DNA of 64,000 nt from Myxococcota bacterium (GCA_040386535.1 JAZKFH010000033.1:36925-100924), one strand, 5' to 3'. Counted from the first letter of the stretch, positions 19,763 to 34,473 are shown. Translations and numbers: made by a program. The notes: generated from the letters alone by a model not told the origin.

Positions 19763-22021
19763 ATGCCCCCGCTGACGCCAGGCCCCGACGCCAGCCCCTC
19801 CAGAGGGCCCTCGCGCCTGCGTGTGGGCGTGCTGCGGTGGGTGGCCCTGACCGCCGCCTACACGGTGGGCGCGCTCGTGTTCCTGTGGCCGCTGCCGCTG
19901 CGATTTTCGACGCACATCTGGGGCGACCGGTTCGATGCGTGGACGACGCTCTGGTTGATCTGGCACCTCGCCGACCAGGTCGCGGCAGGCACGCTCACGG
20001 CAGTGACCGACCGCATCCTGTTTCCCATCGGCTACAACCTGTGGTCGTTCGGGCACGCGGCGCTGCAGGCGATCGGGGCGGGGCTGGTGATGATCGGGGT
20101 GCCGCTGGTGCCCGCCTACAATTTGCTGCTGGTGGGCGCGATCGTGACCTCGGCGCTCGCGGCGCATGCGTTCGGGCGCGCGTTGGGGCGGACAGAGGCC
20201 GCGGGGGTGCTGGCCGCGGTGGTGTTCACGACGAGCCCGTACCTGTACGGGGAAGGCGCCGCCGGCTGCATCGAGCTCGTGGCGGCGGGGCTGTTGCCGC
20301 TGTTCGGGCTGACGTTGGTGAACCTGGCGCGGGAGCCGGGGTGGCGCCGGGCGCTGGTGGCGGCGCTGGTGCTCGCGGTGGTGGGGCCGTTCAACTGGTA
20401 CTACACGTTGTTTGCCGGGATGTTCGGGCTGGCGTTCGCGGGGTGGCAGGCGATGGAGGGGCGAACGCGGGCCGCGGGGTGGATGCTGGCGGCGTTCGCG
20501 CTCGCGGGGGCGCTGGACGCGCCGCTGATCCCGCTCGTTCGCCGGGAGACGCCGGAGCGGCCGCCGTTGGGCACGGCGCTGTTCACCGATCCGGACGCGT
20601 GGGACCGCGCGCGTGACCTGTCCGACGGGCGGCTGGCACTCGCGACGCTGGACGTGGCGACGCTCGAAGAACACGACGCCATGCAGGTCATCCAGAACAG
20701 CACGCGCGTGCGCGCCGTGCTCGCCGCACGCTTCGTGACCAACCCGCTCGACTCGACGCCGGGGGCGCTCGCGTGGGTGCTGGGCGTGGCCGGCGCGCTG
20801 GCCGCAGGGCGGCGGGGGCGCGGGTGGCTGGTCATCGCGGCGGGCGCCACGGTGCTGACGCTGGGCCCGTTCCTGATGATCGACGACACGCCGCCGCTCC
20901 CCCAGTGGTCGGCCGACGCGCCGCTGCCCTACGCCTGGGCGTACGAACACGTGCCGTTCTTCTCGAAGGCGTATCGGCCGTACCGGATCGGTGTCATCGC
21001 GTCGCTCGCGCTGGCGGGGGCCGCGGCGGCGGGGGCGGGCACGCTGCGGCTCTCGTTGACACGCCCGGCGGTGGGCGTGGGCGTGACGCTGGTCGCGATC
21101 CTCGGGTTCACCCAGCCGCTCTGGGCCGGTGACCGCCCCGCCGCCCGCCCGCTGGCCGATGCCACGATCCCGCCGCTCTACACACAGCTCCGCGACGCCG
21201 ACGCGGGCGGGGTGATCGAGCTGCCCCTCCAATACCAGCCGCTCTCGATCGCCAACGCCCGCTTCCAATACAACCAGGTGGTGCACGCGCACCCGCTGCT
21301 CAATTGCAACCAGCTCATCCGTCGCACGGATCTGCTCGCGTTCCGTGACTACGTGGGCGGCAACGCGCTGCTCGGCACGCTGCTCGACCTCGGCCGCCGC
21401 GCCGTGCCGCTCACGTGGACCGACGCGGATTTGGTGGCGCTGTTGAAGGACGGCTTCCGGTGGCTGGTGATGCACCCGCAGGTCGACGCGGAGGCGGTGC
21501 ACCTCGCGGGAGACGTGGGCACCGCCGACCTGCTCGGGCAGCCCGCGATCGGGATGGTGAGGGAGATGTTCGGCGCGCCAGCGTTGGCGGACGCGGAGAC
21601 CTGGGCGTTCCGGCTCCCGGAGAGTTGGGAGGACCAGGGGCGTGTGTGGACATGGGACGGCGCCGGCACGACCGACGTGGACACCCCCTACGACGTGCGC
21701 CGGTACGGCCTCTCCTTGCGCCTGCGCGCGGGCGACGTGCTGCCGCTGTGGACCGACGACCAACCCGACTTGGGCCCCGCCACCCTCTCGTTCTGGGCGC
21801 GCCCGGTGAGCGGCGAGGGGCTGCTGGTCGCGGCGGGGGACACGCGGGTAGCCACGGCGCTGGTGCCTGGGCGATGGACATGGGTAGAGGTGCCCGGCGA
21901 GGGGACGTTTGGTCTGTCGGCGACGGGGCCGGTGGTGGTTGACGTGACGCGGGTGCAGGTGACACGTCCGGTCGCGAAGGGAACACCGGTCACCGCGGTG
22001 ACTCCCAGCGAGGCGCCATGA
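19763..22021 (+). CDS. Multi-pass membrane protein, GT-C glycosyltransferase/YfhO-like
   Basis: IWGDRFDAWTTLWLIW loop, LFPIGYNL, many TM segments, YRPYR, VIELP...QYNQVVHAHPLLN. Confidence 0.7.
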   Translation: MPPLTPGPDASPSRGPSRLRVGVLRWVALTAAYTVGALVFLWPLPLRFSTHIWGDRFDAWTTLWLIWHLADQVAAGTLTAVTDRILFPIGYNLWSFGHAALQAIGAGLVMIGVPLVPAYNLLLVGAIVTSALAAHAFGRALGRTEAAGVLAAVVFTTSPYLYGEGAAGCIELVAAGLLPLFGLTLVNLAREPGWRRALVAALVLAVVGPFNWYYTLFAGMFGLAFAGWQAMEGRTRAAGWMLAAFALAGALDAPLIPLVRRETPERPPLGTALFTDPDAWDRARDLSDGRLALATLDVATLEEHDAMQVIQNSTRVRAVLAARFVTNPLDSTPGALAWVLGVAGALAAGRRGRGWLVIAAGATVLTLGPFLMIDDTPPLPQWSADAPLPYAWAYEHVPFFSKAYRPYRIGVIASLALAGAAAAGAGTLRLSLTRPAVGVGVTLVAILGFTQPLWAGDRPAARPLADATIPPLYTQLRDADAGGVIELPLQYQPLSIANARFQYNQVVHAHPLLNCNQLIRRTDLLAFRDYVGGNALLGTLLDLGRRAVPLTWTDADLVALLKDGFRWLVMHPQVDAEAVHLAGDVGTADLLGQPAIGMVREMFGAPALADAETWAFRLPESWEDQGRVWTWDGAGTTDVDTPYDVRRYGLSLRLRAGDVLPLWTDDQPDLGPATLSFWARPVSGEGLLVAAGDTRVATALVPGRWTWVEVPGEGTFGLSATGPVVVDVTRVQVTRPVAKGTPVTAVTPSEAP

Positions 22022-22617
22022 AGCGCGCGCTCGTTGTCCTGGTGCTCGGCGCCGCGTGGTTCGGGTGGGCGGCGCCCGCCGTGAACACCCACCTGGAGGG
22101 GTACCGCGTGGCGCCGCGGGGCCAGCGCACGGCGGCTGACTTGCGTGCGAGGATGTCGGTGGCGAGCCTGCCTCCGGAGATCCGGGCATTGGTGGAGGAG
22201 GCCGAGGCCGCCTCGGAGAAGGAGCGCGCCTGGAGCCTGATCGTGGCGTCGTTGTTGAGCCCGGCCGAGCGGGTCGAGGGGCTCGCCCGCGCGCACTCGG
22301 AGCCCGTGATCCTCGGCCCGCCGGGCCGCCTGCTCGAACCCGAGCTGCCCGTTTTGGTCGACGCGCTGCTGGCCCGCTACGGCCCCGCGGTCGCGCCCAT
22401 CCCCAAGCCGCCGCTGAACGACGACTGGCCGATGATCGACCGCCGCACACGCATCCGCGTGCTCCTGGCGCTGGTGCACGGCCCGGGCCTCGACGACGAG
22501 CGCGCCGCCATCGTGCTCGCCGCGACGCTCGATCTGTTGGCGACCCAGGCGCGGCGGACGGAGGTGGAGGCGTTGTTGGCAGAGGTGGAGATGCCCGGCG
22601 GATCTCCCACGCGCTGA
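22018..22617 (+). CDS. Hypothetical exported protein
   Basis: ATGA overlap with the upstream gene; N-terminal hydrophobic signal. Confidence 0.7.
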   Translation: MKRALVVLVLGAAWFGWAAPAVNTHLEGYRVAPRGQRTAADLRARMSVASLPPEIRALVEEAEAASEKERAWSLIVASLLSPAERVEGLARAHSEPVILGPPGRLLEPELPVLVDALLARYGPAVAPIPKPPLNDDWPMIDRRTRIRVLLALVHGPGLDDERAAIVLAATLDLLATQARRTEVEALLAEVEMPGGSPTR

Positions 22618-22627
22618 ACGCCCCCTG

Positions 22628-23305
22628 TCACGCCGTCGGGATCAACAGCCGCTGCATGTCTACGAAGGCGCCGGCCGAGAGCTGCTCCCGCAGGGGCTGC
22701 CACTCGTCGTGGTCGGCCACGATCTCGTCGTAGACCGCCCGCGGCGCCCGCATCGTCGAGATGTCCGCGCCGGTCTTCGGGTCGATCCAGGCCAGCGCCA
22801 GCGTGTCCTCCACCACGTCGAGCAGGCGGAGTTCGCCGTCCTCGACCTTTCCGGACGACTGGAGGATGGCGATCTTCATCAGCTCGAGCTCGACATCGTC
22901 CAGGCCGTGCTCGACGAGCAGGAGCTTCTCCCGCAGGGCCGCCCAGCCGAACACCACCCGCACGATCATCCCCTCTCCGATCGCGCGTGCCGTGGCGGGG
23001 GCACCCGCGCCGTACCCACGGTCGAAGAGCGCCTGGTCCTTCGACTCGATGTCCTCCCACTCGCCGATGCGATCGAGCGGGTGCGCCGCGATCCACTGGT
23101 GGGCCCCGATGTGGAGGTAGTTCAGCTGGGGATCCAGCCGAAACTCCTCCTTGCACGAGGGACAGGGCTGTGCCTGGAACGTCCCGTCGAGGATCGCGTC
23201 GCGAAGGTCGGAGCGACGATCGGCGTTCACGCTGTGCACGACCTCGAAGGGGACCGGCTCCCCACACGAGGGGCATGCGAGCGTCTGGTGCTGAAAAACA
23301 GACAT
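22628..23305 (-). CDS. CpXC domain-containing protein
   Basis: CPSCG...VVHSVNADRRSDLRDAILDGTFQAQPCPSC...LNYLH; GAGG RBS upstream. Confidence 0.88.
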   Translation of the reverse strand: MSVFQHQTLACPSCGEPVPFEVVHSVNADRRSDLRDAILDGTFQAQPCPSCKEEFRLDPQLNYLHIGAHQWIAAHPLDRIGEWEDIESKDQALFDRGYGAGAPATARAIGEGMIVRVVFGWAALREKLLLVEHGLDDVELELMKIAILQSSGKVEDGELRLLDVVEDTLALAWIDPKTGADISTMRAPRAVYDEIVADHDEWQPLREQLSAGAFVDMQRLLIPTA

Positions 23306-23339
23306 GGGCTAGCGCCTCGAGGTCAGGTTGACTTGGATG

Positions 23340-27077
<3,738 letters not shown>

Positions 27078-27141
27078 GCTGAACCTCCGACAGGGTGGGT
27101 CGGCTATGGCACGGCAACTCGGAAGTCAAGGCGCCCGGGGG

Positions 27142-28254
27142 CTACGCGTCGACCAGCTTTGCCATCGCGTCGAGGCTCTTCTGGAGCGTGGCGAAGACCG
27201 ACACCGGCACGAACGGATTGTCGTCCAGGCGCCGCAGCGTGGGGTTGGCGGCGAGCGCCGCGCGGTAGCCCCGCAACGTTTCGCGGCAGCGCGCGAGGTG
27301 GCGCGCCCGATCGTCAGGGTTGGTGGCGGCGTTGACATCGTCGAGCACGCCCAACAACTTCTCGTCGTACGGTGCGAGCAAGGCCGGGAGGGTGAGCACC
27401 TTCGTCTTGAACGTCGCGTACTCGGGGTGAGCCTGGAGCTCCACGTCGTCGACGATCGCGTTCACGAGCCGGGCCATCTCCTTGCTCGCGCCCTTCCGTG
27501 TGGCGTCCCAGACGAGCCGGGACTGGGAGACGGCGAAGCGGGAGGGCCCCGCGCGCTTGGGGCCGCCCCCGGCCGCGGCACGGAGCGCCGAGGCGAGGAG
27601 CGCCGAGGCCTCCTCCATGGTGCCCAGCGCGCCCGCGTGGTCGCCCTTCGTCGCCTGGTGACGTGCGAGCAGGAGCGACAGCGTCAGCTTCTCTCGCAGG
27701 GCCGGATCGAGGGTGGTGGCCGGCGGTGAAGCGAGCGCGGCCCGGAGCCCTCCGAAGCGCGCCTCATACGCCTCGACCTGCGCCGGATCGGACGGCGCCC
27801 GTGCCGCCTCGTCTCCGCTCGCGATTTCCCGCGCCACCGCGGCGTCAGCGGCGGCCAGCTGCGCGGCCGTCACCTCGCCGAGCTGCAGGTTCCCCTTCGC
27901 GATGAGGGTGAGCTTGTGCAGGACCGCGAACTCGCGCAACTGCCTCTGGCCCTTCACTGCGTCGAGTTGCCCCTTGGAGAGCCGGGGGTCGGCTGAGAAG
28001 ACGTACGCCACCTTTCCCCGCACCACGGTCCCGGTGTAGATCAGCGCCGGCACTCCCTTGGGCTCGATCCCGGATTGCGCCTTGGCGAGCTTGGCGAAGT
28101 CCGCGATCTTGATCGGCCGCGCCTTGTCGACGAGGAGCAACGCTTCGGGCTTTCCCTCCTTGGGCGTGACGTTTGGCGCGAAGGCAAAGTAGTGGGGCTG
28201 GGCGCGAATCGCAGCCAACGCGACCTTCAGCTTGTCTGCGTGCTGCTTCTCCAT
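27142..28254 (-). CDS. Hypothetical protein (370 aa)
   Basis: ATG after AGAGGGCAGGAC; alpha/beta N-terminal domain; helical C-terminal domain ending LDDNPFVPVSVFATLQKSL. Confidence 0.8.
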   Translation of the reverse strand: MEKQHADKLKVALAAIRAQPHYFAFAPNVTPKEGKPEALLLVDKARPIKIADFAKLAKAQSGIEPKGVPALIYTGTVVRGKVAYVFSADPRLSKGQLDAVKGQRQLREFAVLHKLTLIAKGNLQLGEVTAAQLAAADAAVAREIASGDEAARAPSDPAQVEAYEARFGGLRAALASPPATTLDPALREKLTLSLLLARHQATKGDHAGALGTMEEASALLASALRAAAGGGPKRAGPSRFAVSQSRLVWDATRKGASKEMARLVNAIVDDVELQAHPEYATFKTKVLTLPALLAPYDEKLLGVLDDVNAATNPDDRARHLARCRETLRGYRAALAANPTLRRLDDNPFVPVSVFATLQKSLDAMAKLVDA

Positions 28255-28333
28255 GTCCTGCCCTCTCGCCGCGAGCCTAACGGCCCTCAAGTCCTCCCGC
28301 CCGCCGTCCGAGGAGGGGGCCAGGAGAGCGCCG

Positions 28334-30790
28334 ATGCCCCGGACCCCTCGATTCTGGCGTTGGCTCGCGCCCGCCCTGGCCGTCGCGTGCGCCACCCCCG
28401 ATCGCTTCGACACCGCCGACACCTCCGCAGGTGCCGCCGAGCTCCCCGCGCCGGTGGTGGAGGCCCTGGTGGCGGGGTGGGGCGCGAGCGTGATCGTGCG
28501 CATCGACGATGCCGACGTGCGTGCTGACGTTGCCTCCCTCGTCGGCGCGCGGCGCGTGTCCGCCCGGGCCGAGCGGTGGCGCGCGCGTGCCGACACCTTC
28601 TCGGGCGCGCTCCCTGCCAGCATCCGCACGGAGCGCGTGTTCCACCACTTCCCCGTGGTCGTGCTCCACCTGTCCGACCTCGATGACGCCTACGCCCTCG
28701 CCGCGCGCGCGGACGTGCTCTCCATCGAGCCCGACGTGGCGCACGCCCCCACGCTCACCGACACCCTCGCGCTCATCGACCAACCCGCCGCGGAAGCCGA
28801 CGGGTACACCGGCGCCGGCACCTCCGTGGCCGTGCTCGACACCGGCGCCGACTGGACCCACGCGGACCTCGGCTCCTGCACCGCGGTCGGCAGCCCCGCC
28901 TCCTGCCGCGTGGCCTACGCCGCCGACATCGCCACCTCCGACGGCGAGCGTGACGACGACGGCCACGGCACCAACGTCGCCTCCATCGTGGCCGCCGTGG
29001 CGCCCGACGCGGACATCGTCGCCCTCGACGTGTTCCGGACCGACGGGTACGCCTGGAGCTCCGACATCCTGTCCGCGATCGATTGGGTCATCACCTACCA
29101 ATCCACCTACGCCATCGCCGCCATCAACCTCTCGCTCGGCGCCGGCGCCTACACCGCGCCCTGCACCAACGCCTACTCGGCGTCCGTCGCAAGCGCGCGC
29201 GACGCCGGCGTGTCCGTGGTCGTGGCGAGCGGCAACGACGGGTACACCGACGCCATCGGCTCGCCCGCGTGTGTGGACGAGGCGTTGTCGGTGGGCGCCG
29301 TGTACGACACCAATTTCGGTGGGGTGGGGTGGACCGCCTGCACGGACACCACCACGGCCGCCGACAAGGTGACGTGCTTCTCCAACTCGGCCGATTTTCT
29401 CGACATCCTGGCGCCCGGCGCGCTCGTGACGGCCGGCGGCTACACGATGGGCGGCACGTCGATGGCGGCGCCCCACGTGGCCGGCGCGATGGCGGTGCTC
29501 CGCTCGGCCGACCCCGACGTTGGCATCGACGCCCTCGAAGCGCGCCTGCTGGAGAGCGGCCCCACGATCACCGACAGCCGCAACGGCCTCCGGTTCCCCC
29601 GCCTCGACCTGCTCGCCGCGGTGACCGCCGGGGTCGAAGAAGAGGTGGAGGACGCGGTCGAGGTCGCCCCTACGGGCACCCTCTCCATCAGCGGCGGCGC
29701 CGCCTGGACCAGCTCGCGCTCGGTCACCGTGACCCTCGCCGCCACCGACGACGTGGGTGTCACCTACGCGTGCCTCTCCAACACCACCACCTGCTCGAGT
29801 TGGTTCGTGATGTCCGCCACCAAGGCGTGGACCCTGGCCTCCTCCTCCGGCACGAACACGGTGTACGGTTGGTTCATCGACGCCGCCGGCAACACCTCCA
29901 CGATGGCGAGTGACACGATCGGCGTGGACACCACCCGCCCCACCAACGGCACCGTGACCGCCGCCGGAAGTGACGCCGCCGCGCGGATCACGTGGACCGG
30001 CTACAGCGACGCGAGCGCCGGCCTCGCCAGCTACCTCGTGGTGTTCGGCACCAGCGCGCCGGCCTCCGGCTGCACCAGCGGCACGGTTGGTTACAGCGGC
30101 ACCGCGGCCAGCGCCACGCTCTCGGGGCTCACCAACGGCGAGACCTACCACGTGCGCGTGTGTGCCCTCGACCGCGCCGGCAACACGAGCACCGGCACCA
30201 CGACCACCGTCCGACCGGCGCCCGAGTACACCGTCCCCACCGGCACGATCACGCTGAACGGCGGCGCGGCGTGGAGCACCAGCCGCTCGGTCACCGCCAC
30301 GCTCGCCGCGAGTGACGACACGGGCGTGGCGTCGATGTGCCTGTCCAACACGACCACCTGTTCGTCCTGGGTCACCTATGGCACGAGCGCGAGTTGGACG
30401 TTGGGCGCCACCGCCGGGACCCAGACGGTCTACGCCTGGTTCAAGGACCGCTACGGCAACGTGAGCACCACCCGGAGTGACACCCTCGGCTACGACGCGA
30501 CCGCCCCGAGCGACGGCCGGGTGACCGTGGCCGGCACGACGAGGGGCCTGTCGCTCTCGTGGAGCGGGTACACGGACCGCACGTCCCGCCTCGCGAGCTA
30601 CAAGGTGGTCTATGCCGCGGGGAGCGCGCCCATCAGCTGCTCCTCGGGCACGGTCGCCTACGCCGGGACCGCCCGCCGCACGTCCCTCACCGGCCTGGCC
30701 GCGCGCACCACCTACGGCGTGCGGGTGTGCGCGGTGGACACGGCGGGGAACGTGTCGGTGGGGACGACGGGGAGCGCGACGACGATGTAG
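28334..30790 (+). CDS. S8 serine peptidase with duplicated Ig-like/FN3 C-terminal modules
   Basis: VAVLDTG, GHGTNVA, GGTSMAAPHVAG; two copies of PTGTxxxxGGAAW...CLSNTTTCSSW...VRVCAxDxAGN. Confidence 0.93.
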   Translation: MPRTPRFWRWLAPALAVACATPDRFDTADTSAGAAELPAPVVEALVAGWGASVIVRIDDADVRADVASLVGARRVSARAERWRARADTFSGALPASIRTERVFHHFPVVVLHLSDLDDAYALAARADVLSIEPDVAHAPTLTDTLALIDQPAAEADGYTGAGTSVAVLDTGADWTHADLGSCTAVGSPASCRVAYAADIATSDGERDDDGHGTNVASIVAAVAPDADIVALDVFRTDGYAWSSDILSAIDWVITYQSTYAIAAINLSLGAGAYTAPCTNAYSASVASARDAGVSVVVASGNDGYTDAIGSPACVDEALSVGAVYDTNFGGVGWTACTDTTTAADKVTCFSNSADFLDILAPGALVTAGGYTMGGTSMAAPHVAGAMAVLRSADPDVGIDALEARLLESGPTITDSRNGLRFPRLDLLAAVTAGVEEEVEDAVEVAPTGTLSISGGAAWTSSRSVTVTLAATDDVGVTYACLSNTTTCSSWFVMSATKAWTLASSSGTNTVYGWFIDAAGNTSTMASDTIGVDTTRPTNGTVTAAGSDAAARITWTGYSDASAGLASYLVVFGTSAPASGCTSGTVGYSGTAASATLSGLTNGETYHVRVCALDRAGNTSTGTTTTVRPAPEYTVPTGTITLNGGAAWSTSRSVTATLAASDDTGVASMCLSNTTTCSSWVTYGTSASWTLGATAGTQTVYAWFKDRYGNVSTTRSDTLGYDATAPSDGRVTVAGTTRGLSLSWSGYTDRTSRLASYKVVYAAGSAPISCSSGTVAYAGTARRTSLTGLAARTTYGVRVCAVDTAGNVSVGTTGSATTM

Positions 30791-30825
30791 CGAGCGGGCC
30801 CCGGGGGGGCGGAGTAGAGCCTGCC

Positions 30826-32640
30826 ATGCTCCTCTTCCACGCGCTCGCTTGCGTGCATCCCCTCCCCCCGGAGAGCCCCGTGTCCACCGCCGCCGACCTG
30901 CGCCTCGCCTCCGATTCCGCCGCGGATCCCGCGGGGGATCCCAACGTCGCTGGCGTCACGGACCCGGTCCTGCGCGCCCTCCTGCACGAACATTGGGAGG
31001 CCACGATGGCGCGGTGGCCGGTGTGGGCAACCCGCCTCGGCGATCATCGCTACGACGACCGCCTGGAGGACAACTCCGCGGCCGCCCTCGCCGCCGATCG
31101 CGTCGCGCTGCGGGCGTGGCGGGTGCGCGCCGAGGCCATCGATCCCGCCACGCTCTCCGCCGCGGACCGGATCACCCACGAGCTGTTCCTGGGGGACCTG
31201 GTCAACAGCGAGGCCGTCGACGCCTGTCACACCGAGCAGTGGGGCCTCTCTGCCCGCAACAACGCCCTGCTCGTGCTGCTCGACCTCGGCGACGTGATGC
31301 CCATCCGCACGCCCGCGGAGGGCACCGCGTATCTCGCGCGCCTCGGCGCCTACGCCGCGACGGTCGACGCCGAGATCGCCCACCTGCGCGCCGGCATCAC
31401 CGCGGGGCGCACGCCCGACCGCGCGTCCGTCGCCATCGTGCTCCAGCAGCTCGACACCACGCTCGAGCGCCCCGTCGACGCCTGGCCCGCCGCCGGCCCG
31501 GGCCTCCAGGAGCACGACTGGCCTGCCGACGGCGGCCAACGGTTCCGCGCCGACGTGCTCGGCACCCTCGCGGACAGCGCCCGCCCCGCCCTGCTCCGCT
31601 ACCGCACCTTCCTCGCCACCACGCTGCTCCCCGCCGCGCGCGACGACGCCCACGCCGGCGTGTGGGCCCTGCCCGACAGCCACGGATGTTACAAGGCGCT
31701 CGCCGCCTCCCACGCCAGCTTGGATCTCGAACCTGCCACGATCCACGCCATCGGCCTGTCCGAGTTGGAAGGCATCCACGCCGAGATGGGCATCCTGGGC
31801 CAGCGGCTGTTCGGCACCGCGGACATCCCCACGATCTTCGCCCGCCTTCGTGACGATCCGGCGCTCCGGTTCACCACCGCCGAACAGGTGGAGGACAAGG
31901 CCAAGGCCGCCCTCGAAGCCGCCCGCCTCCGCATCCCCGCGTTCTTCGGGCGCCTGCCCGTGGCAAGTTGTGGCGTGCGCCGCGTCCCCGAGCACGAGGC
32001 GCCCTACACCACCATCGCGTATTACCGCCAGCCCGTGCCCGGCGAGCAGGACGGCTACTACTACGTAAACGTGCACGCCCCCGAGACCCGGCCCCGTTTC
32101 GAGGCCGAGGTGCTCGCCTTCCACGAGTCGATCCCCGGCCACCACCTCCAGATCGCGATCGCGCAGGAGCTGCCCGCGCTTCCCGCCTTCCGTCGCCACC
32201 TCGGCACCACCGCGTACGTCGAGGGCTGGGCCCTCTACACCGAGCGCCTCGCCGACGAGATGGGCCTCTACACCGGCGATCTCGACCGCCTCGGCATGTT
32301 GTCCTTCGACAGTTGGCGCGCGTCCCGCCTCGTGGTCGACACCGGCATCCACACCCTGAAGTGGGACCGCGCCCGCGCCGAACGTTTCCTGTTCGAGAAC
32401 ACCCCGCTCGCGACCAACAACATCGCCAACGAGGTGGATCGGTACATCACCTGGCCCGGCCAGGCGCTCGCCTACAAGCTCGGCCAGATCGAGCTCCGCA
32501 CCCTCCGCCAGGAGGCCGAGGCCGCGCTGGGGCCCCGCTTCTCGCTCCCCCGCTTTCACGACGTGGTGCTCGGCCAGGGCGCGGTGTCGCTGCCGGTGTT
32601 GCGGCGGCAGGTGCGGGGGTGGATTGGGGCGGGGGGGTGA
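30826..32640 (+). CDS. DUF885 family lipoprotein
   Basis: [34 protein letters not shown]...[10 protein letters not shown]. Confidence 0.93.
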   Translation: MLLFHALACVHPLPPESPVSTAADLRLASDSAADPAGDPNVAGVTDPVLRALLHEHWEATMARWPVWATRLGDHRYDDRLEDNSAAALAADRVALRAWRVRAEAIDPATLSAADRITHELFLGDLVNSEAVDACHTEQWGLSARNNALLVLLDLGDVMPIRTPAEGTAYLARLGAYAATVDAEIAHLRAGITAGRTPDRASVAIVLQQLDTTLERPVDAWPAAGPGLQEHDWPADGGQRFRADVLGTLADSARPALLRYRTFLATTLLPAARDDAHAGVWALPDSHGCYKALAASHASLDLEPATIHAIGLSELEGIHAEMGILGQRLFGTADIPTIFARLRDDPALRFTTAEQVEDKAKAALEAARLRIPAFFGRLPVASCGVRRVPEHEAPYTTIAYYRQPVPGEQDGYYYVNVHAPETRPRFEAEVLAFHESIPGHHLQIAIAQELPALPAFRRHLGTTAYVEGWALYTERLADEMGLYTGDLDRLGMLSFDSWRASRLVVDTGIHTLKWDRARAERFLFENTPLATNNIANEVDRYITWPGQALAYKLGQIELRTLRQEAEAALGPRFSLPRFHDVVLGQGAVSLPVLRRQVRGWIGAGG

Positions 32641-32672
32641 TCGGGCGGCCGCCCACGCGGCCCTTGCGCGTG

Positions 32673-32702
32673 TGACTGACCAGTCATATGACCGGGTGGT
32701 CA
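32673..32702. promoter_or_regulatory. Tandem TetR-type operators overlapping a putative promoter
   Basis: TGACTG-AC-CAGTCA (32673-32686) and TGACC-GGGT-GGTCA (32689-32702), ending 10 nt before the TetR start; TTGCGC-N17-TATGAC overlaps them. Confidence 0.75.
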
Positions 32703-32712
32703 CAGGCGCAGG

Positions 32713-33390
32713 ATGCCCAGGCCCACCTTCTTCAACCTCCCGGCCGACAAGCGCGCGCGGCTCGTCGAGCTCGCCATCGACGAGTTCGCCGGCCACCCCT
32801 TCGGAGAGGCGAGCATCTCGCGGATCGTCGCCGGCGCGGGCATCGCCAAGGGCAGCTTCTACCAGTACTTCGACGACAAGCTCGACCTATTCCGGTGGCT
32901 CCTGGTCCACGAGATCACCGGCCGCAAGATCGCCTTCCTCGCGACCCGCCCGCTCCCCGACACGACCCGCGTCTTCACGCTGCTCGAACACCTCGTCGTC
33001 GTGGGCCTGCAGTTCGGCCTCGCGAACCCGCGCCTCGCCCGCGTCGCGTTGCTCGCCGGCCAACGCTCCCCCGATCCGGCGCTCTCCACCGTCGTGACCG
33101 AGTGGGAGTCGAACGGCAGGGCCCAGGTGAGAGAATTGCTTGAGCGCGCCCAACGAACCGGCGAACTCCGGCCGGACGTCGACCTCGAGTTGGCGGTCGA
33201 CCTTGTCCAGGTGGTGCTGCGCCACGGCCTGGACGTCGTCATGCGTCGGCGCTTCGGGTTCGACGTGTGGGAGGTGTGCACCGACCCGGACCGCACCCTC
33301 ACGGAGGAGCAGGCCCGGAGCGTCGCGGCCGACGTCATCGGCGGCCTGCGCGACGGGATCGGCACAAACTCCGCGGAGGACGCCTCATGA
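32713..33390 (+). CDS. TetR/AcrR family transcriptional regulator
   Basis: MPRPTFFNL...ASISRIVAGAGIAKGSFYQYFDDKLDL helix-turn-helix. Confidence 0.95.
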   Translation: MPRPTFFNLPADKRARLVELAIDEFAGHPFGEASISRIVAGAGIAKGSFYQYFDDKLDLFRWLLVHEITGRKIAFLATRPLPDTTRVFTLLEHLVVVGLQFGLANPRLARVALLAGQRSPDPALSTVVTEWESNGRAQVRELLERAQRTGELRPDVDLELAVDLVQVVLRHGLDVVMRRRFGFDVWEVCTDPDRTLTEEQARSVAADVIGGLRDGIGTNSAEDAS

Positions 33391-34184
33391 TCACCCTTCC
33401 CGCGCACGACGGCACCGAGATCCGCGCCCTCGACGAGGGCCAGGGCCCCGTCGTGCTGGTGCTCCACCCCGGCCTGGACGACGGCTCGATGTGGGCGCCC
33501 GTCGCCGCCCGCCTCGCGCCCAAATTCCGGGTCGTCCGGCTGCATCGTCGCCAGTACCGTCTCGACATCGCCCCGGCCGCGTCGATCGCCCAGGAGGTCG
33601 AGGACGTGCTCGCGTTGGTGCGGCACGTCGGCAGCCCGGTGTTGCTCGTCGGCCACTCCTCCGGCGGCGTGGTCGCGCTCGAAGCCCTCGTGGCCGACCC
33701 TACCGCGTTCGCCGGGGCGGTGATCTACGAGGCCCCCATCGTGATCGGCCCGCTGCTCGGCGGCGAGGCCTACGTCCGCGCCCGCGCGGCCATCGACGCG
33801 GGGCGTCCGGGCGCCGCCATGCGCATCTTCCTCGCGGACGTGGTGCGGGTCCCGCGCTGGCTCGCCGTCGTGGCGGGGTTCTTCATCGGCGTCATCCCCC
33901 GCTTGCGCGCCCTCGCCCCGCGCCAGGTCGACGATCTCGGCGCCATCGACCAGCTCGGCCTCCGCCTCGACGCCTACGCCGCGGTGCACGTCCCCACGGT
34001 GCTCCTCGGCGGCGACCGCAGCCCGCCCCACCTCGCCGAGCGCCTCGACGCCCTCGCGCGCGTGATGCCGAACGCCCAGCGCCTGGTGCTCGCCGGCCTC
34101 GGCCACGATGCCCAGCGGCGGGCGCCGGACGAGGTCGTCCGGGTGATCATGGGGCTTGCGGGGCGGACAATGGGCCGGGGGTGA
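33387..34184 (+). CDS. Alpha/beta fold hydrolase
   Basis: ATGA overlap with TetR; GHSSGG nucleophile elbow; C-terminal GLGH. Confidence 0.92.
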   Translation: MITLPAHDGTEIRALDEGQGPVVLVLHPGLDDGSMWAPVAARLAPKFRVVRLHRRQYRLDIAPAASIAQEVEDVLALVRHVGSPVLLVGHSSGGVVALEALVADPTAFAGAVIYEAPIVIGPLLGGEAYVRARAAIDAGRPGAAMRIFLADVVRVPRWLAVVAGFFIGVIPRLRALAPRQVDDLGAIDQLGLRLDAYAAVHVPTVLLGGDRSPPHLAERLDALARVMPNAQRLVLAGLGHDAQRRAPDEVVRVIMGLAGRTMGRG

Positions 34185-34185
34185 T

Positions 34186-34331
34186 GGGCGCGTCCCCGGC
34201 GGAGGCCGCCGGGGCCGGTCCCCTCGCGGGGTCGCGGCGGAGCCGCTCCGTTGGCGCGGGCCCGCCGCTGGCGCGTCGGCGGCGCCGAACCGGCCGCGCC
34301 CGCGCGGCCGCCCGCCGGGCACCTCGCGCGG
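34186..34331. repeat. GC-rich repeat family C, copy 1
   Basis: GGCGGAGGCCGCCGGGGCCGGTCCCCTCGCGGGGTCGCGGCG...GGGCACCTCGCGCGG; recurs at 35749-35887 and partly at 36631-36684. Confidence 0.85.
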
Positions 34332-34473
34332 GGTCTTGGATGGGCGTGGGGTTGGGACTCTCTGCATGACCACCACGCGGCCATGACCGCCACCCGGACG
34401 AAACCCGCCCGCCTGACCGACACCCCCCCGACTTCGTCCGCCACACCCCACGACCGTGCAGGCGTACGGCTGC

